Positions 23,885-33,574 of a DNA stretch of 39,439 bases are shown here, piece after piece. Within the stretch, counting starts at the first letter, position 1; each line of letters begins with the position of its first letter. The position numbers were made by a program, and so were the translations under genes. Below the pieces are notes generated by a model. That model did no database searches. It saw nothing but the letters and a program-made list of their open reading frames with translations, and was not told the origin of the DNA. Source of the DNA: Octopus bimaculoides (taxonomy: Eukaryota); the NCBI RefSeq assembly GCF_001194135.2, contig NC_068991.1, positions 45,183,432 through 45,222,870 of the forward strand. The letters run 5' to 3'.

Positions 23885-25378
23885 AGGAGAGGATCTTCGC
23901 TGACAAAAGTAACAAATTTTTAGCTGCCCACAAACAGCAGACCAAGGTATTCAGATTTCGAAAAATCTGCGAAGGATTCGTAAAGTTCCAAGCAACGCCG
24001 TTTTCTGTAGATACCCTGTCTTCAAATTTTCTCCAATCTTTTCAATCCAGTTTCAGAGCTTCGTACTTATTGTACCCAAGGCTCTAACGACAACGGGTAT
24101 AACACTCACCTTCTTTAATGACCATAATTTTTTTTTTTTTCGACTTTAAATCATGATATCTCAGCTGATTCTCTTCTCTTTCTGAAACTCCGTCATCACC
24201 AGGGCATGCAATGTCTACGATTAAAGAGGCTTTTTTTTCTCTCTTTACACAACCTCTTTATCTGGCTTTCAATGTTCAATTTCATGTTCACATTTGATCA
24301 TTGCATGTCCCAGTGTCTTAATCCTGTCATTCTCAGTTACACCTTATGAGGTTTTTCCATACCACGTCTTTGCTCTATCCAATCTGTGATTCCCATTCAG
24401 CTCCCAATTAATCATTCTCGCGACATTATCATGTCTTCTTGCACATTCATCTTTGGGGCCAGCTTTATGCATTCATTCACAATATTCCATACACTCGCTC
24501 CTTTGGTAATGTACAACCTGCACTTGTTACTTGCAGCTATATTATCAATTCATTTATTTGGTGTGTAGCAAACTCATAAGAGGCGGAGAGAGAACGTAAG
24601 TTCGTTTGCCCGAACATGAGAAATTATTGATTTCTCATTGGTTAAAAATGACTGCCCATATACGAATTTTGAACGTCGTTGAAGAAGTCTTTCACGGGGT
24701 ATGGTTCTAGGATTCGTGTATGAGTAGTTATAAAAACCCTGATTTTCGAAGTAAAAGGAATTAAATTTCTACATTAATTTATTATGTACATTTTTGGCAT
24801 TTATAGGACATTTAGAAATAAAGTCATTTCGTCGTAGAGAATTACGACTTAAATTTTATAGTAACTAATCTTTCATTCTAGCTATAAGAGTTCACAACAA
24901 TTCAATATTGTCGGATTTGAGTATTGAACATGGCATAAATATTAGCCGATACTCAAGAGGGTGAGTGTCGTGGATTTGAGTGGCGGTCGAACGATCACTG
25001 GAGAGTTTTTCGAAAATCAGGGTTTTTATAACTACTCATACACGAATCCTAGAACCGTACCTCGTGAAAGACTTCTTCAACGAAGTTCAAAATTCGTATA
25101 TGGGCAGTAATTTTTAACCAATGAGAAATCAATAATTTCTCATGTTCGGGCAAACGAACTTACGTTCTCTCTCCGCCTCTTATGAGTTTGCTACAGGTGT
25201 AAATTGTTCTAAGTACTTCTTCCTGTGCAGTACCGATAAGCACTTTTGTCCCCGGCTGCAAGTCACTCTTCCTCACTCAGTGCCACCTCCCATTGGTGTC
25301 GCTATTTCTGCTCATGTTTCTCACAAATTGCTTGCACAGCTTCTTTTCCATCTTATTTTCTTTCGTCTTCCTTAAACT
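23885..25378 (-). mobile_element. 5'-truncated R4/Dong-type non-LTR retrotransposon (restriction-like endonuclease clade), interrupted by a TIR element at 24564-25195
   Basis: Minus-strand translation with frameshifts: W..RKSDLQPGTKVLIGTAQEEVLRTIYTK / IDNIAASNKCRL (zinc-knuckle start) ..NIVNECIKLA.. IVDIACPGDDGV (24195-24221, PD-D/E nuclease region) ..WSLKKVSVIPVVVRALGTIS..LQKTALLGTLRILRRFFEI* (stop 23951-23953). This is the C-terminus typical of R4/Dong-clade ORFs. Confidence 0.88.
24564..25195. mobile_element. 632-bp non-autonomous TIR element (MITE), Ginger-like: TGT...ACA termini, 187-bp TIRs, 4-bp TSD GGTG
   Basis: 24564-24750 versus the reverse complement of 25009-25195 differ at 4 positions by my count. 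GGTG flanks both ends (24560-24563 and 25196-25199). The 258-bp interior is non-coding. Superfamily assignment is inferred from the termini and TSD length. Confidence 0.9.
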
Positions 25379-25419
25379 TTTACTCTCTCTTTTGTGGTTG
25401 TTGCTATTATTATTATTAT

Positions 25420-25592
25420 CATTATTACTGTTTTATTGTTTTTGCACAGCTTCTAACGCTGGAGATGTACTACGGTGTCAGCTGTTCACTACCAGTGAGT
25501 TAAGGTAACACCCCTTATTTTTCGAGCACCATCCGAAGTATTCGAGCAGTTCCAAGTCCAAGCAGTGCTGTTTTCTGCAAGTGCTCCACTTG
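25420..25592 (-). mobile_element. Second, extremely 5'-truncated R4/Dong-type LINE 3' end
   Basis: Minus strand of 25592-25515 reads QVEHLQKTALLGLGTARILRMVLEK*; a 6-bp duplication TCCAAG (25551-25562) adds GL. It is flanked by (AAT)n-type repeats on its sense strand. Confidence 0.82.
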
Positions 25593-25649
25593 TTATTATT
25601 ATTGTTATTATTATTATTGTTATAATTATTATTATTATTATTATTATTA

Positions 25650-25688
<39 letters not shown>

Positions 25689-25710
25689 TTGTTGTTGTTG
25701 TTGTTGTTTA
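25593..25710. repeat. (TTA)n/(TTG)n microsatellite
   Basis: Directly visible. Confidence 0.97.
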
Positions 25711-25720
25711 TTTTAAATTT

Positions 25721-25925
25721 TAGCACAAGGCCAACAATTTCGGGAAAGGGAGTAAGTCAATTACATCACACACCCACCCCCAGCACTCAACTGGTACTTA
25801 TTTTATCAACCCCGAAAGGATGAAATGTAAAATCGACCTTTACGGATTTTGAACTCAGAACATAAAGCCGGGGCAAATGCTGCTAAGCATTTTGCCCGAC
25901 GTCTTAACGATTCTGCCAGCTCGCT
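25721..25925 (-). mobile_element. SINE family A, near full-length copy
   Basis: GCACAAGGCC..CTGGTACTTATTTTATCAACCCCGAAAGGATGAAA..TTTGAACTCAGAAC..CTAAGCATTTTGCCCG..AACGATTCTGCCAGCTCGC. Confidence 0.88.
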
Positions 25926-26002
25926 GTTCCTACATAATCCCATATTACCATCAAGTTTTCAAATTTTTCTAACGATGATAAATAATTAGGAAATGGATTT
26001 TT

Positions 26003-26258
26003 ATGTATATTTCAGGAGTTACCACATCCAACCCATTAAATATCCATGAACACATTCCTTAAATAGCCAATGGATATAAAATATGTTATTGTATATAGCA
26101 GTTTTATATATTAAACACATTCCTGGTGGCAACAGGTGCATATAAATTAATCATTCACAAACACATTACTTGAATGGCTATTTAAGTAATGTGTTCGTGG
26201 ATGGTTGATGAGTTGGATGTGGTACTGAAGAAAGAGTAACAACTCCTGAAATATGCAT
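26003..26258. mobile_element. Degenerate fold-back / MITE-like element
   Basis: 26003-26069 matches the reverse complement of 26175-26258, with a 17-bp indel (26224-26240). The motif AACACATT(C/A)CT recurs at about 26049, 26113 and 26159. Confidence 0.65.
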
Positions 26259-26501
26259 ATACACCCGTTACCTATTTTTCTAGCTTTGATCGCATTCTCT
26301 ACATTGACCTGTATTCATATACTAAACTTCGTAACTTTCAGAGCTGGCTCTAATTTCTTTAGAAAATTCTGTCGAGATAACCTTTGAATGTGATTGAATC
26401 GCACTCCTAAAACAGGTAAGACGCATTATTGACTTATAAGCCTTTGATATACTTGTAGTATATTATGGTTGCATAACTAAAAAAGTTTGTCTTTACCAGC
26501 A

Positions 26502-26549
<48 letters not shown>

Positions 26550-26734
26550 ATAAGATCGATATTTAAATATCGATTTTATCAAGAGGCCAGCATGGGAATA
26601 AAAACCATCAAAGGTAACAATTATTTAAAATTATAATTTAGGGTATCTAAGAGATATGAACATTTATTGTGGTTTAGAGTCAAGATTTGGCTGCTATGTT
26701 CAGCATGGCGGTATCTCTTAGATGCCCTAAATCA

Positions 26735-26788
26735 TAATTATAATAGAGGTTATAATTATAATAGAGGTTATAATTATAATAGAGGTTA
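26735..26788. repeat. Three perfect tandem copies of the 18-mer TAATTATAATAGAGGTTA
   Basis: 26735-26752, 26753-26770, 26771-26788. Confidence 0.95.
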
Positions 26789-26883
26789 CAAAAGTGACGG
26801 AGGGTGCTGACTAGCATCGCTTATGCTAAAAGGACTCTTATTTCAGCATAAGCGGTGCTAGTCAGCACCCGTCGTCACTTTTG
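26789..26883. other. 95-nt near-perfect hairpin (39-bp stem, 17-nt loop)
   Basis: CAAAAGTGACGGAGGGTGCTGACTAGCATCGCTTATGCT / AGCATAAGCGGTGCTAGTCAGCACCCGTCGTCACTTTTG, with one mismatch and two G-T pairs on the plus strand. Confidence 0.9.
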
Positions 26884-27266
26884 ATTGTGACTTCTATTAA
26901 TTTGGCCTCCAGGTTCTAATTGCTAATGAACCACCCTTTTAATTTCTCACGATTGGTATTTGGGTGGTGTGTTACATATCCCAGTGTCCTAATAATTACA
27001 GGTATAAACCTGAACTTGTATTTTGGATACAGTAACTACAGATTTTTCAATAGTTCAGCGTAGGTGTATGTATGTATGTATGTATGTATGTATGTATGTA
27101 TGTATGTATAGCTTGATTCATACACACATACACATATATGCATACATATAGTGAGTTCAAACAAGAAAAACGACAAAAAAACCCAGCAAAAGACAACAAT
27201 GCGAGGACGTGATACAGATACTGTGTTACTGGACTGGACGCTCAGAAAAGGAAAGAAATACATATA

Positions 27267-27448
27267 CGATGGGGTGCTGAAAAGGAAGGCCTGGTTGGAT
27301 GCCCACATTCTTTTACAGGGCTTAGAAAAACTGAAGGACCGCTGCAATAAGTGTGTAAACCTGGGAGGGGAATATGTTGAATAAAATCATAACTAATCCT
27401 TCTGTATTTTCTTTTACCCAAACCTAGGAACATTTCAGCATCCCCTCG
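27267..27448 (+). mobile_element. 182-bp internally deleted mariner element (both TIRs plus the last about 27 codons of transposase)
   Basis: TA|CGATGGGGTGCTGAAAAGG ... ACATTTCAGCATCCCCTCG|TA (15/19 TIR match, TA on both sides). The interior encodes LLQGLEKLKDRCNKCVNLGGEYVE*, a mariner C-terminus. Confidence 0.85.
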
Positions 27449-27979
27449 TATATATACATATATAGACGTATACACACACACAGACACACACACACAGACA
27501 CACACACACAGACACACACACACAGACACACACACACAAACATATACACAGTATTTGTATGTACGTGTCCTCATATGGACTACATACTTATGAAACAAGT
27601 GACTTCGAACACAGACGAAAGGCTATATGTAAATGGACAACTATTGACTCGTTAGGTGGAGAGAGAGAAAGAAAGAAAGAGAGAGAGAGAAAGAAAGAAA
27701 GAAAGAAAGAAAATGTAAGACAAACACATCGAATGTTTTCAGTTTTGGGGATGGTCATCGTTGTTGTTGGTGTTGTCGCTGTTGCTGCAGTTGCTATGGG
27801 CGAGAAAAATCGTAACACTTTCAGAAGAAAAGCTGGTCGGAGAATGTCTAGTGATGCTTAGGTAAACATGTGACATGCTGACAAGTTGATTGAACAAGCA
27901 TTTATTTGTCGTTCGAAATTATTTTGACGTTGTCTTTATCGAATGAGGTGGAGGGAAGGTCGCTGGCATTCTGTTTCAT

Positions 27980-28120
27980 GATATTAAACTTCTCAAGTAT
28001 GAAGATCCAGCTTTAAAGATAACCGGGGAAATATATAAAGAGAGATCCAGGGTGATAATCAGATGCTAGATAAATGGAATAACAATATGGAATTGAAGAT
28101 TTCCGCTTTGTACATTTTCC
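27980..28120 (+). mobile_element. Possible CR1/L2/Jockey-type reverse transcriptase remnant
   Basis: ILFHDIKLLK, then frameshifted IQGDNQMLDKWNNNMELKIS, resembles (F/Y)ADD.K...LQ.DL..L..W...N.M.LN. Heavily eroded. Confidence 0.4.
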
Positions 28121-28299
28121 TACTTCTTCTGACAACACATTCCAGCTGATGAACCAAATGCTTTCCTAAATGCATCAAGGAAAACATTGTAATTTAGTCA
28201 TTTATTTATTTATTTCCCTTTATATCCTGAGTTTAGATCCGCTCGAGGTCAAAGAACCGTGATCCCTCAAAATTTCTGGCTTTTACTCTACATCATAAA

Positions 28300-28720
28300 C
28301 CCGGCTTGGCAGAATCGTTAACGTGCTGGACAAAATCCTTAACAGTATTTCCTCCGGCGAGCTGCCAGAAACGTTAGCACGCCGGGCAAAATGCTTAGCG
28401 GTATTTCGTCTGCCGTTACGTTCTGAGTTCAAATTCCGCCGAGGTCGACTTTGCTTTTCATCTTTTCGGGGTCGATAGATTAAGTACCAGTTACGCACTG
28501 GGGTCGATGTAATCGACTTAATCCCTTTGTCTGTCCTTGTTTGTCCCCTCTATGTTTAGCCCCTTGTGGGCAATAAAGAAATAAGTATTTCCTCCGGCTT
28601 TAAGTCAAGGTTGATTTTGCTTCTCGTCCTTTCGGGTCGATAAAATAATACCAGTCGAACAATAAGGTTGATATAATCAATTAGTCCCACCTCTCCAAAA
28701 TTTCAGGCTTTGTGTCTTTA
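28300..28720 (+). mobile_element. Old SINE family A copy (28300-28355 plus 28599-28720) split by a younger SINE
   Basis: Head TGGCAGAATCGTTAAC..CAAAATCCTTAACAGTATTTC; body resumes after 28598 with GTTGATTTTGC..CGGGTCGATAAAATAATACCAG..CAAAATTTCAGGCTTTGTGTCT. Confidence 0.75.
28356..28583 (+). mobile_element. Younger SINE with family A head and body but a different 3' tail, bounded by a 12-15 bp TSD
   Basis: GGCGAGCTG..GAGTTCAAATTCCGCCGAGGTCGACTTTGC..GGGGTCGATGTAATCGACTTAATCCCTTTGTCTGTCC..TTGTGGGCAATAAAGAAATA. Direct repeat AGTATTTCCTCCGGC at 28344-28358 and 28584-28598. Confidence 0.9.
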
Positions 28721-28789
28721 GTGGCACATCCAGCGAATAAAGAGAGTATCAGGTGAGCTCGTCATCTCACCGATGTGTGCCATTGGGCG

Positions 28790-29110
28790 GCAAAAATACG
28801 CAGCATGGATTAACAGAAACTCTTCTGTAGTAAGACAACGCTCGACTACTAGGAAAAAGCTCCAGGACCTTGAGGGAATCGAACTGATGCTGCATCCAGC
28901 ATATAATCCGGACCTTGCTCCCTCAGATTATAGTTTCAATCCATGGCTTCTTCCTGCGCTGACGACCCTTCATCAACCAAGAGAAAGTGGAATCTTCAGT
29001 GAAAAAGTTCTTTGCCTTGAAGTACAAGAACTGCTATCAGTGTGAGATCAAAGAACTGACAGAAAGGTCGTCTCAGACGGTGCAACACGATGACCTCCAC
29101 TTTGAATGCT
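28790..29110 (+). pseudogene. Mariner (DD34D) transposase C-terminal remnant
   Basis: Frameshifted DNAR (second D, about 28833-28845), then LMLHPAYNPDLAPSDY (SPDLAPSDY motif), then FINQEKVESSVKKFFA..EIKELTER..TVQHDDLHFEC*. Confidence 0.9.
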
Positions 29111-30039
29111 AGACCGATTTTGTTGTAACTTGATGAATAAAGCAAATAAGTTTTCAAAATACAAAAGGTTGGTGATATTAGCCAATATGGTCCCGGTGAA
29201 TGGGTCCATTCTCAACATGCACCTGTAGATTAAAGAACACAGATGGGAGGTGGGGAACTTGTCATTAGTAGACAAAGTATTCTGAGATTTGTGGGGTTCT
29301 TTTAGTTTCCATTCAAGGGTTCCAGTTGCTGTCAACATCCTCTGCATAGATGATTCTGTAGGGCATGGGTGATGATGCATAGAACTGCAATCAGGCTGTG
29401 GTATCTTCAAAAATTCCTGGATAACGAGTAGGTGTGGTAGTCGTTGCTCGGCATTATCTATTCTTAGCTCATTTCTTTAATAGAAATGCAATCCTAAGTC
29501 AAGCCAAGATAAAGAATAGGCGTCTGGCATCTAGAATTTTATCAGGCGCTAACAGCCCTCTAATTGTCATTCATGGCAATCAGTAGAAAGATAGAAAAAT
29601 AGTGGTAGGGAAATCAACATTAACTTGAATCAACCGGCTGGGCTTCTCGTGAAGAATTTTAGCTTAGCATGCCACAGGAGGCCAATGTCGGTTCGAGATT
29701 AACTCTCAACCGGAGATGCCGTCAGCCGGCCCTATGAGAAGTGCGCTTAGAGCGACAAACCCGTTCTGTACATGCGTATAAGAGTACAGTATGTTTGTGG
29801 AGTTATGTCAAACACCTACTGTTGAAAGCAGGATGGATCCGACTATTAGCCGAGTTCATCTTGTCTAATGGTAGTTATGACGAAAGAGATTGTATGGTGT
29901 ACAGGATTGAAAACACTGAACACAGATACTTTCTTTTTCGGAAGATGGTATTTATACTATGAGCCTGTCTCTTTAAATCATCAACAAAGTAGAGATGCAG
30001 AAACAACTCATTATTGGAGATGGACTGAAGTGAATCGAT

Positions 30040-30700
30040 TTTGTGGTACATTTGCTGTTATGCTTTTAGAGGTTGGCATAAATTTCCCATCTCTAAGGAT
30101 GGTGCTTCCAAACGAAGACATTGTGAAAGCAGAGTTAGATTATCTGACGTTCCTTAAAACAATGTACGCGGCAGTGAGACGCTCTTTCAGAGGCTCTGGT
30201 GGATCAGCAAGGACTGGTAAATTAACTTTACTTTTGGAAAAATACATTGCATTCATTTCTTGTTTCTATATTTTGGCTTAGCACTTAAATTTTGGACATG
30301 ATATGAACTGAAAGAAAAAAAAGTTTTCGGAAGCATAGTTGAAAGCATCACTCTTCTTCAGCTCATGAATGTATGGCGAGGATCAAGTCTCTGCTTGTTT
30401 TACTCTTTGACCTTCCTGCGTGGCCTGGTGCTGCAGTGAGATTTATGGTGTCTACGTACAACCTATCTAGCAGCATTTTATTGAAAGTGAGCCTGTCGTT
30501 CATCAAGCGTTTCCAATTGTCTATGCACAGATTGACATAGCATCTATTTACGGTGACTGCATTCCTAGCAGCAATAGCTTAGGCTTATATTGACGCTGTT
30601 CATTTGTTGTTGCTGCTCTCAGAACATATTTGCGTTTGGCAGCTGAAATGACTGTGGTTAGGGCACATCTTTTCTGTGGCACTATTGATCGCATTTTGGT
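30040..30700 (+). mobile_element. Possible highly decayed RTE-type LINE ORF remnant
   Basis: Scattered frameshifted peptides (LEVGIN, FGSIVESI, IYGD, AYID) fall in the order expected for the RTE C-terminal region. Weak. Confidence 0.3.
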
Positions 30701-31084
30701 TTTTGGCTAAGATCAAAGTGTGGTATTGATAGAAACAAATTATTAAAAAAAGCAATTGTTAGCAAGTTGTCTTTTCTGTTATGTAAGGGAGGGAAAAAAC
30801 TTTTATGGAAAAAAAAGAACAATCAAGAAGCTTATCGAGCGTTGATGTTGTAGAGTTAATTTATCGATGTCTGCCGCTGACCTATGGTTTATAAGGCTAA
30901 AGAGAAAGAGTAAAGATATTCCAAAAATCGTAAGACGTAAACCTCTTACGTCACACAGTGTTATGTCATTCGAAATGTAAACAAAGATAGCGTTTTTGTG
31001 CCAGATATTTTCATAAAATGAAATAACTTTTGATGTCAAACCTCCAAAGACACTGGCAAATTTTTATGCGGAGCAGTAAGTGTT

Positions 31085-31630
31085 GAGAAAGAGCGAAAGA
31101 GAGGAAGAGATAATGAAACTAAAGTCGTAAGAGAGAGAAAAGAGAAAGTAAAGTCGTAAGAGAGAGAAAAGAAGAGATATAGAAAGAGAAATAAATAACG
31201 TTCTGGCAAGAGAATAGAGTTCTCCTCTTCTCCCATTTCTCTCTTACTTGGAAGTATTCATTTTGTCTACTCCCTCTATTTAGCTCTTGCTCGTGTTTCT
31301 TGTATTTTCAGGCACTGCCAAATTTTCATGAGGAGTTGTAAGAGGGAGATATCAATGTAACAATTAGCAGTCAAAGAGGAAAACGAAGTAAAGTCGTTAG
31401 AGAGAGAAACGGGGGAGATAGAAAAAAGAAATTGGTATCGACAAAGAGAGAAAGAATAAAAGAGGGAGTGACAGAGAGAGAAATACAGAAGGAGAGAGAG
31501 AGAGAGGGGGAGAGAGCATGCGATAATAAAAGAGAATGAGGAATAGGAAGAGAAGTAAAACGTACAGAGTCTGAAGGGAAGAAGAAATGGAGGAACAAAT
31601 GTTACATAAAAATGAGGGGGTGGGAAGAGA
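31085..31630 (+). repeat. Polypurine GA-rich low-complexity tract with a short pyrimidine-rich interruption (about 31215-31310)
   Basis: Directly visible. Confidence 0.85.
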
Positions 31631-31734
31631 ATCGGACCTACATAAACAACAAACTTTAAAAAATATATACAGTGTGTGTATGCGTGTGTGAGTGAGTGAG
31701 TGCGTGCGTGCGTGCATGCCTTTGTGGTTGATTC

Positions 31735-31927
31735 TCATGGTTTAACAACCGGCGATGTTATGTTTTTTTGTCCCGTATTTTAGTGGTTCGGTAAAAAAAA
31801 AAACCCAAAACACCTACAAAATGTGAACCTAAAGTAAAAGTAAATGCTAAGAGTAGTTCATCAACTGAACCCTTTCAGGTAGAGTCCCAGCGTGGTTGCT
31901 AGCTAATGACTGAAGCAAGTAAAAGTT
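31735..31927 (+). mobile_element. SINE family B 3' tail remnant
   Basis: ACAACCGGCGATG..GTCCCGTA..TAGTGGTTCGGTAAAA and CCCAGCGTGG..TAATGACTGAAGCAAGTAAAAG resemble the tail at 36665-36840. Confidence 0.55.
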
Positions 31928-31938
31928 TTTAGATTAAA

Positions 31939-31955
31939 GAGTAGTAGTAGTAGTG

Positions 31956-31989
<34 letters not shown>

Positions 31990-32276
31990 TAGTAGTAGTA
32001 GTAGTAGTAGAAGAAGAAGAAGAAGAAGAAGAAGAAGAAGAAGAAGAAGAAGAAGAAGAAGAAGAAGAAGAAGAAGCAGTAGCAATAGCGGCAGTGGCAG
32101 TAGCAGGAGCAGTAGCAGCAGCAGTAGCAGTGGCCTCGGCGGCGGTGGCATTATACATTGATGATTCTGTTCAGATACGGTTAGTACAAGCAAAGAAGTA
32201 GGATATGTTGGTACAGCTAACATGAATGTCGTGGTCCGTCGCTGCAGTGCTATTGATTTGACTCTCCACCACCACC

Positions 32277-32310
<34 letters not shown>

Positions 32311-32480
32311 CCAGCAACAACAAACGAGAGCACTATCAGCAGCATCATTATCATACGAATCGTCATGTTACCACTAACCCAACAGCACGAATAACACTAT
32401 TAACACGCTAGCGACCACCATTGCTATTTCTGCCGCCGCTGCCGCCGCCGCCGCCACTGCCGCCGCCGCCGCCACTGCCG
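31939..32480. repeat. Compound trinucleotide block: (TAG)n-(AAG)n-CAG/TAG mix, then (CAC)n-(CAT)n and (CCG)n
   Basis: Directly visible. Confidence 0.95.
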
Positions 32481-32806
32481 CTAACACTAACGTCAGCAAT
32501 AACATTACGTTATCACTACTACTCTCATATGATCATCATAACAGTACCAAACTCTCCAGACAGCAAACCTCAGTACACTGCGTCACTCCGTAACTATACT
32601 CAGTCGGTGTTGGCTGGAAGTTATATTAACAGTGACCCCCAACAACAAAGTACCAAAGCTACAACTGTCTTTTCAAGATCTCAGTAATACAAACACAACT
32701 GAGCCATTAATGGTTGTTTGATCTGTTGGAAATATCAACCAAATCATATGCCGCCGTCTCATAAAAGTAGGGCACATTGTACAATGTGTGTGCGTGTGCG
32801 CGTGTC

Positions 32807-32845
<39 letters not shown>

Positions 32846-33574
32846 TTAAGAAAGAGAGGTGACAAAGGAATGGAATATTATCTTATGGACTTCTGTAGCT
32901 TACAGCTGTTTCTGTGAACTCGTAGTTAAGTGCCTGAATAACACCTTATAGCTTCATCGGAGCCTCCACATCGGGTTATTGCTCTCGCAATGCCTAAACG
33001 ATATATGCACACACACACACACACACACACACATGTATGGATGTATATACACATTATCATCATCACTGTTGTCATCACCACCATCATCCACGTGTCTATG
33101 TGGTCAGAGTTGATTTAGGACTAAACGGCAAGCAGACCAAATCTCATCTAACTCAAATGAGACTGTTTTGAAGAAAAATTGACAGATTATGTTATATAGG
33201 TAGACTTAGACACTCCGTATGGCTTTTCAAGGTTTCAATGTTTGTGATCATCGATCTGTTCGATCAAGGAAACAGCAGCTGCAGAAAAGACAAAAAAAAA
33301 ATCACCATTATTGCACGATACACGGAGAAACTACGATGGAGTGAGCTATGATTCTTGAGGGAACAGTGAATCTATGTCAGAGACAGAAGACGCTAGAAGC
33401 CAGATTCATAAAGAAGCCAAGAGCCACGAAGAAACTACAAATCACCGAGAAAGCCAAGAGTCACGAGCGAGTCCCAAGTCGCAAGGGAGCTACGACTGAT
33501 GGGAAAGTCATGAGACGAAGAGGCGTGCACTAACCAAAGCGTGTGTTTATTACTTAACTGGACGGCATCTACGT

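Noticed and set aside
26338-26416. TTTCAG|...CAG|GTAAGA exon-like boundaries
   Set aside because: Stops in all three frames; no support as a coding exon.
26735-26788. Regular direct repeats (18-mer x3; also 15-mer x3 at 13474 and 32-mer x2 at 35517) as possible CRISPR-like arrays
   Set aside because: No spacers, eukaryotic context and no cas genes; simple tandem duplications.
33348-33533. MILEGTVN.. ORF resembling the RTE ILxGTVxG motif, with a 36-bp-period repeat AAGCCAAGAG(C/T)CACGA
   Set aside because: The motif is not followed by the expected GRRGR..W; insufficient evidence.
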